DNA of 59,283 bases, counting the filler. It is 7 parts of 7 records of this genome, joined end to end, with 100 filler letters (N's around TTAATTAATTAA, not from the genome) between each part and the next. Parts side by side here need not be neighbours in the genome. Positions count along the whole stretch, not along the records: positions 35,787 to 45,418 come from SRR31156797_53986; positions 45,519 to 50,682 come from SRR31156797_54006; 5 more parts are not named here. One strand, 5' to 3'. The translations under genes and the position numbers were made by a program. The notes beneath the pieces were generated by a model. It was not told where the DNA came from and ran no database searches. It saw nothing but the letters and a program-made list of their open reading frames with translations. Of this stretch, positions 37,023 to 48,647 are shown piece by piece (positions within the stretch are counted from its first letter, which is position 1; every line of letters begins with the position of its first letter).

Positions 37023-37826
37023 ATGACAACCGCTGCTCCACAACAAAACACGGCGGCTGCCGAAAGTGTAATCCTCTCCGTCCGGGGGCTGCATCTCAGT
37101 TTCGGTAAAGTCCAGGCATTATCGGGCGTTAATATCGAGGTTAGAGAAGGCGAGGTGCTGGCTCTGATCGGACCCAACGGCGCGGGCAAGACATCCTTGC
37201 TTAATTGCCTTAACGGATTTTATCGCTCGGATCGGGGCGCTATCAATTTTCTGGGCCGCGATATTACCGGATTGTCTCCGGACAAGCGCTGCAGGGTCGG
37301 CATTGGAAGAACTTTTCAGGGCATCCAGTTATTTCTGGGCATGAGCGTGTTGGATAACATCATGACCGGGCGACATATTCATATGAAGACCAACTTTATC
37401 CAGGGGGCTTTGCGCTGGCCGTGGTGCGCCAGGGAAGAAGTTGATCATCGTTTTATTGCCGAGGAAATAATTGATTTTTTAGAAATGGAGGCCATCCGGG
37501 ACGCCGTGGTCGGAGAGCTTGGTTACGGCCTCCGCAAGCGTGTGGACCTGGGGCGGGCCCTGGCTATGGAGCCGAAAATACTGATCATGGACGAACCCAT
37601 GGCCGGCATGAACGTGGAAGAAAAAGAGGACATGGCCAGGTTTATCCTGGACATTCAGGAGTATAGAAAAATCCCCGTAATTTTGGTGGAGCACGACATG
37701 GAAGTTGTCATGGACATTTCCAACCGGGTTTATGTTCTGGAATGGGGTCGTATTATTGCCGAGGGGCTGCCGGGGGAAATACGGGTTAATCCCAGGGTCA
37801 TCAAGGCCTACTTGGGCGAAGAATAA
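37023..37826 (+). CDS. Liv-type ABC ATP-binding protein (LivG-like)
   Basis: GPNGAGKTS, GRTFQ, MDEPMAG, VEHDM, VIKAYLG. Confidence 0.95.
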   Translation: MTTAAPQQNTAAAESVILSVRGLHLSFGKVQALSGVNIEVREGEVLALIGPNGAGKTSLLNCLNGFYRSDRGAINFLGRDITGLSPDKRCRVGIGRTFQGIQLFLGMSVLDNIMTGRHIHMKTNFIQGALRWPWCAREEVDHRFIAEEIIDFLEMEAIRDAVVGELGYGLRKRVDLGRALAMEPKILIMDEPMAGMNVEEKEDMARFILDIQEYRKIPVILVEHDMEVVMDISNRVYVLEWGRIIAEGLPGEIRVNPRVIKAYLGEE

Positions 37827-37847
37827 AAGGAAAGGGAGTATAAGGCC

Positions 37848-39794
37848 TTGCAGGATCATAACGGTTTTCCAAAACTTGAAGCCGACACCCTGCCCAAGTA
37901 TTTGAAGCTGGGAATGCAAAAGTGGGGGGATCGGATTTACATGAGGCGAAAAAACCTGGGCGTATGGCAGAAGTATACATGGAACGATGTGTACGGTCAT
38001 GTCCGGGATTTTTCCTTGGGCCTGATGAAGCTGGGTTTGAAAAGAGGGGACACGGTGGCCATAGCCGGAGAAAACGAGCCCGAGCTGTTTTGGGCGGAGT
38101 TCGCGGCTCTATGCGCCGGGGCCAAGGCTGTTTGCCTTTATCCGGATATGACGCCCCAGGAAATCCAGTATATTGTCGATCATTCGGAATCCGTGTTTTT
38201 TATCGCCGAGGACCAGGAGCAGGTCGACAAATTTCTGGAAGTCAGGGAGGAACTCCCGGCTGTCCGAAAGGTGATTTACTGGGACCCGAGAGGCATGTGG
38301 CAGTATGATGATCCTCTATTGATGGAATTCACGGACGTCCAGAACATGGGGCGTGAATACGGCGATCAGGCGCCTGATATGTTCGATAACAGCGTCGAGC
38401 AGGGCACAGGGGACGACGTCGCGCTTTTAAGCTACACTTCGGGAACCACGGGCCTGCCCAAGGGCGTCATCCTTACTCACAACTATCTTTTGGACAACGC
38501 TCTCCGGGTGATCATGGGCAACAGCTTCAAGCCTTTTTCTCATTATCTTTCTTATATTTCACCGGCCTGGGCCACGGAACATTTTTTCGTCGCCCTCGGG
38601 GTTTTGCTGCCGCTGACTTACAATTTTCCCGAGGAGCCCGAGACTGTTTTAGCGAACATTCGGGAGCTTGGGGCCGAGGTCCTGGTTTTCGGCCCCCGTC
38701 AGTGGGAGAGCCTGGCTTCGCTGGTTCAGGCCCGGATGCTCGATGCAGGGCCGATAAGGCGGCTTTTTTACCATGCAGGCATGAAGGTCGGATACAAGAT
38801 AGCCCATGAACGGACGGAGGGCCACAAAGCAGGATTTTTCTGGCATATTCTCCACCCGGCGGCCGAATTGTTGGTGCTGGGAGCCATCCGGGACAACCTG
38901 GGCTTGAAAAAGACCTACTTTGCGCTGACCGGAGGCGCACCTACGGCGCCGGATGTTTTCCGATTTTATCATGCCATGGGGGTGCCGCTCAGAAACGTTT
39001 ACGGAAGCACGGAAATGGGGCTTTTCACTCAGCACATGAGCGGTCGTTTCGATCCGGAGACCCTGGGATTGCAATATAAATCCCACCCCGCGTTCGGTCC
39101 TCCCCTGGAAAGTAAAGTGGATGAAAACGGAGGCCTTTTGATACGGGGCGCTTCAGGTTTTGGCGGGTATTTTAAAAATCCCGAAGCAACTACCAAGACC
39201 ATGAGCGGCGACTGGTTCGTCACCGGAGACGCGACACGGACAAACGAGAGCGGGGACCTGGTTTTTCTGGACCGGGTGTCTGACCTTAAAAGACTTTCCA
39301 CCGGCCATCTTTTTCCTCCGCAGTTTATTGAGACGCGACTCAGGTTCAGCCCCTTCATCAAGGACGCCATTGTTCTGGGAGATGAAGAAAAGCCATTTGT
39401 GGCCGCGCTGATTAACATCGACGCGGAAACAGTGGGACGCTGGGCGGAAAGGCAGGGCATAGCTTACACGACCTTTCCGGATTTGTCTCAGAAGCCCCAG
39501 GTATGCGGGCTGATTGAAAAGGAGATATTGCGTGTGAACCGGGCCCTGGACCAGTCTTCCAGGGTTAACCGATTCGCCAACCTGCCTAAGGAATTCGATC
39601 CTGATGAAGCTGAATTGACCAGGACCAGAAAGCTGAGGCGGGATTTTCTGGAGGACCGGTACGGGAAGCTGATCGGGGCGGTGTACGGAAACAAGGAAAC
39701 TTTTATAACGGAAGTCCCGGTCAAGTACAGGGACGGCCGGACCGGAATGGTAACAACGGAAACGCTTTTAAACACCATTAAAACCGAAGGGTAG
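37848..39794 (+). CDS. Long-chain acyl-CoA synthetase (AMP-binding)
   Basis: YTSGTTGLPKG, YGSTE, TGD, ELTRTRKLRR. Confidence 0.93.
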   Translation: MQDHNGFPKLEADTLPKYLKLGMQKWGDRIYMRRKNLGVWQKYTWNDVYGHVRDFSLGLMKLGLKRGDTVAIAGENEPELFWAEFAALCAGAKAVCLYPDMTPQEIQYIVDHSESVFFIAEDQEQVDKFLEVREELPAVRKVIYWDPRGMWQYDDPLLMEFTDVQNMGREYGDQAPDMFDNSVEQGTGDDVALLSYTSGTTGLPKGVILTHNYLLDNALRVIMGNSFKPFSHYLSYISPAWATEHFFVALGVLLPLTYNFPEEPETVLANIRELGAEVLVFGPRQWESLASLVQARMLDAGPIRRLFYHAGMKVGYKIAHERTEGHKAGFFWHILHPAAELLVLGAIRDNLGLKKTYFALTGGAPTAPDVFRFYHAMGVPLRNVYGSTEMGLFTQHMSGRFDPETLGLQYKSHPAFGPPLESKVDENGGLLIRGASGFGGYFKNPEATTKTMSGDWFVTGDATRTNESGDLVFLDRVSDLKRLSTGHLFPPQFIETRLRFSPFIKDAIVLGDEEKPFVAALINIDAETVGRWAERQGIAYTTFPDLSQKPQVCGLIEKEILRVNRALDQSSRVNRFANLPKEFDPDEAELTRTRKLRRDFLEDRYGKLIGAVYGNKETFITEVPVKYRDGRTGMVTTETLLNTIKTEG

Positions 39795-39795
39795 C

Positions 39796-40704
39796 GTGAG
39801 CATGGATTGGGAGTTTTTTTTCATAGACCTGGCTCAGTATTCGATCGAGGGCGCTTTAAAGGGCATGCTCTACGCCGTGATCGCGCTGGCCTTTATTGTC
39901 GTTTATCGCGCGGGCAGGATATTGAATTTTGCGCAGGGTGAAGTGGTTATCTTCATGGCCTATATTATATGGACACTGTTTTCCATCACCCACATGCCAT
40001 TCTGGGCGGCGATTATTTTGTCCTTACTCATAGCTTTTCTCCTTGGCCTGGTAATAGAGCGGGCTATCTTCCGACCCCTGATCGGACAGCCTATCTGGGC
40101 GATTGTCATGGTTACCATCGGCCTGATGATTTTGCTGCAGGGCGTCACCCAGGTGATTTGGGGCGGCCGTGAAAGGCCTTTTCCGGTTATCTTTCCGGAG
40201 AGTCCGGTCAAGATAGGCGAGTTGATTTTTACAAGTTCCATTTTTTGGGGCGGGGTTATCTCTCTTTTTATAGCTGTGGGGCTGTCATGGACTTTCGGCC
40301 GGACTCGTTGGGGGCTCAAACTGACGGCTGTGGCCGAGGAGCACCAAGTGGCCCAGTCCATGGGCATTTCGGTAAAAAGATCCATTGCCATAGCCTGGAT
40401 GATCGGTTGCGCTCTATCCACTTTCGCGGCTGTTGTATTTCTCAATGGACAGACCCTGACCTTTGCCGCGGCGGCCATCGGGCTGCACGCCCTTCCGGTT
40501 GTCCTTCTGGCAGGCCTTGAATCCATCGGAGGGGCCATATTGGCCGGGGTCATCGTGGGAGTCGGGGAAGCCTGGGCGTCCGCATACCTCGACCCTCATA
40601 CTGATGGGGCTATGTCCCAGGCCTTTCCTTATCTTCTTATGCTGGTCGTCCTTCTTTTCAGGCCTCAGGGGCTTTTCGGCTGGAAAATCATCGAAAGGGT
40701 GTGA
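39796..40704 (+). CDS. Liv-type ABC permease (LivH-like)
   Basis: LNFAQGE, RPQGLFG. Confidence 0.93.
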   Translation: MSMDWEFFFIDLAQYSIEGALKGMLYAVIALAFIVVYRAGRILNFAQGEVVIFMAYIIWTLFSITHMPFWAAIILSLLIAFLLGLVIERAIFRPLIGQPIWAIVMVTIGLMILLQGVTQVIWGGRERPFPVIFPESPVKIGELIFTSSIFWGGVISLFIAVGLSWTFGRTRWGLKLTAVAEEHQVAQSMGISVKRSIAIAWMIGCALSTFAAVVFLNGQTLTFAAAAIGLHALPVVLLAGLESIGGAILAGVIVGVGEAWASAYLDPHTDGAMSQAFPYLLMLVVLLFRPQGLFGWKIIERV

Positions 40705-40707
40705 TCA

Positions 40708-41772
40708 ATGGCCATTTTACCTTGCGGAATTCATTTTGAAACATACCGGCAGGACATGTCATACATCAGGACAAAATGGCAATGGGCCTTTTTGGCCGGT
40801 TTTCTTGTCCTTTTGATGGCGCTGCCCCTGTTTTTGAGCATCCGTTTTATCGCCATGATTAATATGGCCTCAATGATTTGCATCGCCGTGGTCGGACTGC
40901 AGATCACAACCGGGTACGCCGGCCAGTTGAACCTTGGCCAATCGGCTTTCATGGGCATGGGGGCTTTTGTTTGCGGGTCGCTTTCCATAAATTTCAACCT
41001 GCCTTTCTGGTTGGCCATCCCGGCCGGAGGGTTGGGCGGCGCCCTGCTTGGAGCGATCTTCGGCATTCCGGCTTTGCGAATAAAAGGGTTTTACCTGGCC
41101 ATGACCACTATTGCCGCCCAGGTGATTTTTCCCTTGCTCATTATGCATCTGCCGGACAGTTGGTTCGGCGGGGCTATCGGGCTCAACCTGGAGCCGGCCC
41201 AAATAGGCGGACTGGTGTTCGATACGGATGTTTCCTTGTATTACCTCATTATGGTCACAGCCATAATAATGATTTTTTTCGCTTTCAACCTGGTCCGTTG
41301 CAAAGTGGGGCGCGCGTTTATCGCCATTCGTGACAATGATAATGCCGCGGAGATGACGGGCATCAATGTTTTCCATTACAAAACCCTGGCTTTTGCCATC
41401 GGCGCCGGTTATGCGGGCGTGGCCGGGGGGCTCTGGGCGTATTATCTCAGGTACGTCGGGGCGGATCAGTTCACCTTGTACTTCTCGGTTTGGTACATGG
41501 GAATGCTGATTGTCGGCGGGTTGGGGAGTATTTTGGGCGCGATCTTCGGCACATTCTTTATCCGGGCCCTGCAGGAGATCATAACCGGTTTGGCGCCTGT
41601 TCTGGTGGAACACCTTCCCTGGGCCGGCAGCGCGGAAATCTGGTTCGCGGGCATGAACATACTCTTGGGCGGCGTTATCATCCTTTTTCTTGTTTTCGAA
41701 CCCCGAGGGCTTAATCATCGGTGGAATATCATGAAGACATCCTATCGCATATGGCCTTTTCCATATGTCTGA
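40708..41772 (+). CDS. Liv-type ABC permease (LivM-like)
   Basis: GYAGQLNLGQSAF, GRAFIAIRDN, EPRGL. Confidence 0.93.
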   Translation: MAILPCGIHFETYRQDMSYIRTKWQWAFLAGFLVLLMALPLFLSIRFIAMINMASMICIAVVGLQITTGYAGQLNLGQSAFMGMGAFVCGSLSINFNLPFWLAIPAGGLGGALLGAIFGIPALRIKGFYLAMTTIAAQVIFPLLIMHLPDSWFGGAIGLNLEPAQIGGLVFDTDVSLYYLIMVTAIIMIFFAFNLVRCKVGRAFIAIRDNDNAAEMTGINVFHYKTLAFAIGAGYAGVAGGLWAYYLRYVGADQFTLYFSVWYMGMLIVGGLGSILGAIFGTFFIRALQEIITGLAPVLVEHLPWAGSAEIWFAGMNILLGGVIILFLVFEPRGLNHRWNIMKTSYRIWPFPYV

Positions 41773-41939
41773 TGGGGACGGACAATAATTATTCATTCCA
41801 GTTTACATAGCGGGGCGATTCAGGCTTTTTAGCCCCGTTGCAGCATCTATAATTTTATTGAAAGGAGGTTTGGGAACATCTGGCGCCGGCCTTAGGGTCG
41901 TATTTAAAACGGACGACTTTAGCAATGGAGGTAATTACT

Positions 41940-43175
41940 TTGAGAAGAGTTATCAAAAAACTAACTATAGTGATCGGAGTTGCTCTGGCCGCCTTATTGC
42001 TGACCCAGGCAGTAATGGCCGCCGATTACAACGTTACCTGCTCCCTGGACTACACCGGGCCGTACGCCGTGATTATGCCGCCGTTTGAATCCGCACGGAA
42101 ATCCCTGTTTGCCTGGTGGAACGAGACCAAGGGCAAGGAACTTGGCATTAAGCTCAATGACAAAGGGTATGACATGCGTTACGACCCGAGCGTTGTGGCC
42201 AGCACGTGGCCGGGAATCCTGACCGGGGACAAGCCCATCGCTCACATGGGGCTCGGCGGGCCGGACGTGGCCGCGCTAATGAAACGCCTGCCCAAAGACA
42301 AGGTTCCCCTGATAATGTCCACGGGCACGTACGGGTTTATCTGGCTGCCCGGGACCTGGGTGATCCAGCCCCGGCCCACATACGCCCACGAGGCGGCCGG
42401 TTTCTTCAACTGGGTCCATATGAATAAAATCAAGGACCGGCCGATTAGAATCGGGGCCATCAATTCCAAGGTTTCGCCCGCTTATGTGGACATGATCAAC
42501 GGGGCTACCTCTTTCTGCGACGCCACGCCCTGGGCTGAACTGGTAGGTGTGGAATGGGTGCAAATGAAGCCTGTTTCCATGGTCAGCGAGGTTCGGAGAC
42601 TGGCGCGCAAGAAGCCTGACTTTATTTGGATAGCCACCAATACAACCCACGTGATCGGAACGATCAAGGCCATGAAGGAGCTGGACATACATATACCTCT
42701 GGTATTGGCTTCCCACTGCGGTATTCAGATGTCAGCCCTGGCTTCCAAGGACATAAAACTGTTGGAAGGCCATTACGACGCTTATTCGATGGACCCGGCC
42801 ATTGACAGAAGCGTTCCGGGCGCAAAGGCCGTTATCGACTATTCCAAAAAGCTGGGTATAAAAGACAACTGGAGCATTGTCGCGGTGCAGGCGTCTATTA
42901 TGCAGCTTCTAACCCTGAGGAGTATTGAACGGGCTGTTGAAAAAGTCGGGGCCGACAAAGTAACCGGTGAAGTGGTTTTCAATGCCATATTTGATAAACC
43001 GTTTACAGAGGAAGATCTGCTTGGTTTGGCGCCGACAATGACCTTTACCCGGGAGTCGCCATTCTCGGAAAAAGATTTGAAGGTGCGGGCCACTACGGTC
43101 AAGGATGGAAAACAGGTGTTGGTGACCGAGGAATGGATACCTGTTCCGCCGATTCCGAAATGGACTAAAAAGTAG
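41940..43175 (+). CDS. Liv-type ABC substrate-binding protein
   Basis: TTG start after GGAGG; signal peptide; DYTGPYA; position in operon. Confidence 0.85.
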   Translation: MRRVIKKLTIVIGVALAALLLTQAVMAADYNVTCSLDYTGPYAVIMPPFESARKSLFAWWNETKGKELGIKLNDKGYDMRYDPSVVASTWPGILTGDKPIAHMGLGGPDVAALMKRLPKDKVPLIMSTGTYGFIWLPGTWVIQPRPTYAHEAAGFFNWVHMNKIKDRPIRIGAINSKVSPAYVDMINGATSFCDATPWAELVGVEWVQMKPVSMVSEVRRLARKKPDFIWIATNTTHVIGTIKAMKELDIHIPLVLASHCGIQMSALASKDIKLLEGHYDAYSMDPAIDRSVPGAKAVIDYSKKLGIKDNWSIVAVQASIMQLLTLRSIERAVEKVGADKVTGEVVFNAIFDKPFTEEDLLGLAPTMTFTRESPFSEKDLKVRATTVKDGKQVLVTEEWIPVPPIPKWTKK

Positions 43176-43222
43176 AGGTCTGTCTCAATTTTTAATTTAA
43201 CAGCCGGGGAGGCCCGATTATT

Positions 43223-44017
43223 ATGCTGGAAATGACGAATGTGGAGATGATCTATAACAAGGTGATCATGGTCCTTAAAGGGGTCTCCCTGCAGGTCCCC
43301 GAGGGGGGGATAGTGGCCCTCCTCGGCGCCAACGGCGCCGGAAAAACGTCCACTCTCAAAAGTATATCCGGCCTGGAGCACACTGAAGAAGGCGAAGTTA
43401 CCCGCGGCCATATTGTGTTCCAGGGAAAAGAAATCGAGCATATGGATCCGACGGAAATCGTCCGCCTTGGAATAGTCCAGGTCATGGAGGGACGCAAGGT
43501 TCTGGAGCATCTGTCGGTGGAGCAGAACCTGCTGGTCGGGTCTCATCTTCGCCCTGACATGAAGGATGTCAGGAAGGACCTGGACCTGGTTTACCGGTAT
43601 TTCCCAAAACTGGTCGAACTCAAAAACAATACATCAGGATATCTTTCGGGCGGGGAACAGCAAATGCTGGTCGTGGGCCGCGCTCTAATGGCCAGGCCGA
43701 CGCTCATGCTGCTGGATGAACCTTCCCTTGGGCTTTCGCCTTTGCTTGTCCACGAAATCTACAAGGTTCTGGAAGAGTTAAACCGGGAAGAGAAAATTAC
43801 AATGCTCCTGGTAGAACAGAATGTCAAAATCGCTTTATCCATAGCGGATTATGGATACATCATGGAAAACGGCCGTATTGTCCTTGACGGGACATCGGAA
43901 GCCCTGATGGAAAACGAGGATATAAAAGAATTCTATTTGGGCCTGAGTCTGAAAGGAAAAAGAAAAAGCTATCGGGAAGCCAAGCATTACAAGCGGCGGA
44001 AACGCTGGCTGGGCTGA
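43223..44017 (+). CDS. Liv-type ABC ATP-binding protein (LivF-like)
   Basis: GANGAGKTS, LSGGEQQM, LDEPSLG, EFYLG. Confidence 0.95.
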   Translation: MLEMTNVEMIYNKVIMVLKGVSLQVPEGGIVALLGANGAGKTSTLKSISGLEHTEEGEVTRGHIVFQGKEIEHMDPTEIVRLGIVQVMEGRKVLEHLSVEQNLLVGSHLRPDMKDVRKDLDLVYRYFPKLVELKNNTSGYLSGGEQQMLVVGRALMARPTLMLLDEPSLGLSPLLVHEIYKVLEELNREEKITMLLVEQNVKIALSIADYGYIMENGRIVLDGTSEALMENEDIKEFYLGLSLKGKRKSYREAKHYKRRKRWLG

Positions 44018-44096
44018 AACGGATCTGAAACTCATATCCACAAACTTTCTGAAACTGGAAGTTCGCTTGTAAACCCATATAAGGAGGATTGCGAAA

Positions 44097-44879
44097 ATGG
44101 CATACGAAACCATTCTTTATAATAAGGAAGATGGAATAGGCATCATTACACTTAACCGCCCTAAAAGTTTGAATGCATTGAATTCACAACTGATCAGGGA
44201 ATTGAATGAAGTCCTGGACGAGATAGAGAAAGATGACGGCGTCGGCGTAGTGATTGTTACAGGCCATGAAAAGTTCTTCGCGGCCGGCGCCGATATTACC
44301 GAAATAAGCACGCTTGCCTCGCCTGTGGATGCGTACGGTTTTGTGGCCGGGGCCCAGGCTGTTTTCAACCGTTTTGAAGACCTTCCCAAGCCGGTCATTG
44401 CGGCGGTTGGCGGTTTGGCCCTTGGCGGAGGCTGCGAACTGGCTCTGGCTTGCGATGTGCGCCTGGCCGCGGATAACGCCAGGTTCGGGCAACCTGAAAT
44501 CAAGATCGGCGTGATTCCCGGAGGCGGCGGTACGCAAAGATTGCCCCGCATTGTCGGATTGGGCCGGGCCAAGGACATGCTTTTTCACGGCGACCCTATT
44601 GATGCGCAGGAAGCGTTCCGCATCGGTTTGGTCAACAAGGTTGTCGAAGCCCCGATGTTATTGGATGAAGCAAAAAAGACTGCTGAAAAATATCTGAAAC
44701 AGCCGCCATTTGTTTTGAAGATAACGAAAATGGTCGTCAATGAAGGCGTCAATATGGATCTGAAATCCGCATTGGCCCACGAAGCAAGATGTTTCGCCCT
44801 GTTGTTCGGAACCGAGGATCAACAAGAGGGAATGAAAGCATTTTTGGAAAAGAGAAAGCCCGAGTTCAAGGGGAGATAG
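44097..44879 (+). CDS. Enoyl-CoA hydratase (crotonase family)
   Basis: FAAGADI, ALGGGCE, GQPEIKIGVIPGGGGTQRL; both catalytic Glu present. Confidence 0.95.
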   Translation: MAYETILYNKEDGIGIITLNRPKSLNALNSQLIRELNEVLDEIEKDDGVGVVIVTGHEKFFAAGADITEISTLASPVDAYGFVAGAQAVFNRFEDLPKPVIAAVGGLALGGGCELALACDVRLAADNARFGQPEIKIGVIPGGGGTQRLPRIVGLGRAKDMLFHGDPIDAQEAFRIGLVNKVVEAPMLLDEAKKTAEKYLKQPPFVLKITKMVVNEGVNMDLKSALAHEARCFALLFGTEDQQEGMKAFLEKRKPEFKGR

Positions 44880-44892
44880 CAGCGGAGGCTCT

Positions 44893-45418
44893 ATGCGCGA
44901 AATAGTTATTTTAGGGGTGGGCATGACAAAATTCGGAGTGTCGCCCTTTACCATGAAAGAAATGTTTGTCCAGGCGGCCATGGAAGCCCTAAACGAATCC
45001 GGCGTGGAAGGCAGGGATATGGAAGCCCTGTTCATCGGCAACGTTCTGGGCGGATTCGAGGAAGGGCAAATAAACATCGCCCCGTTTTTGGGGAGCGAAA
45101 TCGGACTGCCCAACCACGCTCCCGCAACCAGGTTTGAAGGCGCCTGCGCATCGGCCACCGTGGCCATTCGACACGCCGCCCTGATGGTGGCTTCGGGCGT
45201 GCATGACATTGTTATGGCCGGCGGCGTGGAACGGACCACGGTCATGGGAACGCCCTTGGCCACCAAGACTTTTGCCATGGGCAGCCATTCCGAATACGAA
45301 AGCTTTGCCGGTATTACTTTCCCCGGCGTGTTCGGCATGGTCGCTCACCAATACGCGGCCAAGTATGAAATGCCGTTGAGCGACCTGAAAAGGTGCATGG
45401 CCCGCGTATCGGTCAAGA
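44893..45418 (+). CDS. Thiolase family protein (SCP-x-like), truncated
   Basis: GVGMTKFG, FEGACASAT, AGGVE. Confidence 0.9.
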
Positions 45419-45518
45419 NNNNNNNNNNNNNNNNNNNNNNNNNNNNNNNNNNNNNNNNNNNNTTAATTAATTAANNNNNNNNNNNNNNNNNNNNNNNNNN
45501 NNNNNNNNNNNNNNNNNN
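45419..45518. other. Artificial contig spacer
   Basis: N44-TTAATTAATTAA-N44. Confidence 0.99.
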
Positions 45519-46485
45519 GGTTCGGGGGGGGGGATCTGTGAGGTGTGAGCGACGTTTTGCCCATATGTGGTTCTTTCTACTGCCCGGTGTATTGTTTCTG
45601 TTGACCTTCAAGGGGCTTGTGTGGAAGCATCAATACTGGCAGGCTCCTCTGGCTCTCTTTGTGGCAATTGGCGCAGCTCAAGCCATATCTCTAATCGGAG
45701 ATGTCTTCACGAGAATCCACCGACATCTCGGCACATCGATTGTTGTGGTCCTGGTGTTTCTGCTCATCCTGTCGTGCAACCAGGGACTTGCGGATTATCG
45801 TTCCGTGCGATGGCAATCTCCTCGCACGTTGGAGTTGTTCAAGTATCTGAATCACAAGATTCCTCCAGACAAGGCTCTTCTGACCTTTCGAGATTTCGTG
45901 ATCCAACAATCGGAGGCGAAAGCTCCTTTCTATCGCCCGGAGTATGCTTGGTATCTTGATCGGGATATGATTGTGGCCAATGCGTGGCAGGGGGATGGGG
46001 CTTGGGTCGTCTCTGTTTCGATAGATGATATGGTGAATAGGACGATTGATGAAATTGAGCAACAGGCAAAGACGGGCCGTTTTGCGTGTTACCTAATTCC
46101 GGCTAATGAACTTCCTGATCGTGACCCACTGGGTCAGCGATATCGAAGCAAGCAGTTTCAGGTGGCATTGCAGAGGATGGGGGTATCGTACGATCCAAAC
46201 CAGAAGATCATTGGCGAAGAATTGGAGGAAGCATCATCTTTGCCTTCGCTTGCAATGCTAGAGTTGCAGGAACTTGAACGTCGGCTCAAGGATCTGAATT
46301 GGGAAGATGATAGGTTTCTTGGTTGGGAAAAGCACCGCCGTTATCGCGAAGCGGTGATTGTCAGACTCAAGGAGCTATATGCATATGAGTACTATGCGAA
46401 CTCTGCTGTCCCTGGTGATCGCAGTTTCGATGTTCGTGGAATTACTCCATGTTATCTATTCGATTTGACTAACCCGAGGAACTGA
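45519..46485 (+). CDS. Membrane protein, C-terminal fragment (possible GT-C glycosyltransferase)
   Basis: Three TM segments (including VWKHQYWQAP) followed by a soluble domain; function is inference. Confidence 0.55.
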
Positions 46486-46911
46486 GCGATCATTAATCAT
46501 TTTGTCCATAGGCCCCGCCGCAATCCAGAAAAGGCACCGATCAGTCTGTGTTTCAGACACGATTGGAGGCAAGGAATACTGAAACGACCCAAAAACTACT
46601 ACCCAGAGTGACAACGATTTAGTGGGGCCAAGTGAAGTGCGTTGGGGCCTCGATGACTCTGATATGGGCGGTCATGTCCGTGTACGAGGCGTCACCGTGT
46701 ATCCAGGGACACCGTCGAACTCACACTATGATGGGATCCCGAGAAACCCAGTCGTGCCTACTTAGAGGAAGGCTTGCAGGGACAGTCCAACAGAAAGGGG
46801 AACAATTATTTCCTGCATGCGTCTTCACTGTGTCACAGATGGGCATCAAGGCAGACAGTTGGCAAGGTGGATGTACTCCTAGCCAAAGGCACACGATCGA
46901 AAGCGAGAGGT

Positions 46912-48486
46912 ATGGGTAAGAAGGCAATCATTATTGGGGCTGGGCCAGCCGGCCTAACGGCGGCCTATGAGATGCTGAAGCAAACCGATATTCAGCCCAT
47001 TGTCTTCGAGATGACCGATGTTATCGGGGGCATTTCCAGGACCGTCCACTACAAGGGCAACCGAATCGATATCGGCGGCCACCGCTTCTTCTCGAAGTCC
47101 GACAAGGTTATGGATTGGTGGCGCCACATTCTGCCCCTACAGGGATTACCTGCTCGCGACGATCGCCTATTGGGTCGGGAGGTACTGTTGTCTGAGAGCT
47201 CTGATGCCCCTGATCCAGAGCGGGTGGATCGAGTGATGCTCAACCGCACCCGTGTGTCTCGCGTTCTCTTCGAGCGACGGTTCTACGATTATCCTATCTC
47301 CCTGAGTGTCCGTACGATCGCTAACCTGGGCTTGCTGCGCACTGCTAGAATCGGTGTCAGTTATCTCAGGGTCAAAGCTACCCCGATTTGCTGCGAGCAA
47401 TCGCTGGAAGACTTTCTTATCAACCGTTTCGGCAGAGAACTCTATCTGACGTTCTTCCGAGATTACACTGAGAAGGTCTGGGGTGTTCCCCCAGACCAAA
47501 TCAATCCAGAATGGGGTGCGCAACGAGTTAGAGGACTGTCTATTGCAAGGGCCCTGGCCGATGCGATCAAAAGTCCATTCACCAAGAATGTGTCCACGGC
47601 CCAGAAGAACGTGGAGACGTCATTAATCAAACGATTCATGTACCCCAAGTTTGGCCCAGGGCAGATGTGGGAAGAGGTGGCGCGGATAGTCAGTGCCGAA
47701 CATGGTGAAATCCGTCGTCGGCAACGTGTCGTTGGCTTGCGGGCAGAGAAGAACCGAATCATCGAGATCCTCGTTGAGGACGTTGACACTGGTCGCGTGA
47801 TGGGGCACTCGGCCGACTATTTCGTCTCAACCATGCCGGTCAGGGAACTCGTACAGAATTTCGAACCGGCTGTTCCTTCGGAGGTCCGTCGTCTGGCTGA
47901 TGGACTGGTTTATCGAGACTTCATCACCGTGGGCGTGCTGGCAAAGCGACTGAAGACTGGCAACAAGACCGTGTGCGGGACGCATAGTGATGTGATTCGT
48001 GATAACTGGATCTACGTCCAGGAGAGCGATGTCAAGGTGGGGCGCATTCAGATCTTCAATAACTGGAGCCCGTACATGGTTAAGGACGAGAGCACGGTGT
48101 GGATGGGGCTCGAGTACTTCTGCAATCGGTCTGATCCTCTTTGGATTCTCCCCAACGCCGAGCTTAGGACGTTGGCGGTGAGGGAATTGGCCAGGATAGG
48201 GTTGGTTGATCCCCAAGATGTCCTCGACTGGGTGGTGATTCGGATGCCTTGCGTATATCCTGCCTACCTCGGTACCTATGACTGCTTTGACGAGATACGG
48301 GGTTTTCTGGACCGCTTTGAGAACCTCTTCCTCGTGGGTCGGAATGGAATGCACCGCTACAACAACCAGGACCATTCTATGCTGACTGCGATGATTGCAG
48401 TGGGCAATATCATCATAGGACGAACTGACAAGGCGAACATATGGAGCGTAAACACCGAGCAGGATTACCATGAGGAAACCGAGTAG
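46912..48486 (+). CDS. FAD-dependent oxidoreductase (UDP-galactopyranose mutase/protoporphyrinogen oxidase-like)
   Basis: [47 protein letters not shown] 46912 after GAGG. Confidence 0.9.
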   Translation: MGKKAIIIGAGPAGLTAAYEMLKQTDIQPIVFEMTDVIGGISRTVHYKGNRIDIGGHRFFSKSDKVMDWWRHILPLQGLPARDDRLLGREVLLSESSDAPDPERVDRVMLNRTRVSRVLFERRFYDYPISLSVRTIANLGLLRTARIGVSYLRVKATPICCEQSLEDFLINRFGRELYLTFFRDYTEKVWGVPPDQINPEWGAQRVRGLSIARALADAIKSPFTKNVSTAQKNVETSLIKRFMYPKFGPGQMWEEVARIVSAEHGEIRRRQRVVGLRAEKNRIIEILVEDVDTGRVMGHSADYFVSTMPVRELVQNFEPAVPSEVRRLADGLVYRDFITVGVLAKRLKTGNKTVCGTHSDVIRDNWIYVQESDVKVGRIQIFNNWSPYMVKDESTVWMGLEYFCNRSDPLWILPNAELRTLAVRELARIGLVDPQDVLDWVVIRMPCVYPAYLGTYDCFDEIRGFLDRFENLFLVGRNGMHRYNNQDHSMLTAMIAVGNIIIGRTDKANIWSVNTEQDYHEETE

Positions 48487-48647
48487 TATGCAACCATTTC
48501 CCCTATGCTACGTAAGGACGCGAGTCAGTTCCAAGTGTCACCGTCAGAGTCACGCTATAGAAAGACCCTTTCACACGTTGTTGTGGTTGTCATTCTGCTT
48601 GGCGGTTTCATGTCATCCCCCCTAAGGGGGCGGCTCGTTGTTCATGC

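Noticed and set aside
45519-45533. Poly-G tract as a phase-variation site
   Set aside because: It lies at the contig edge and is likely an assembly or sequencing effect.
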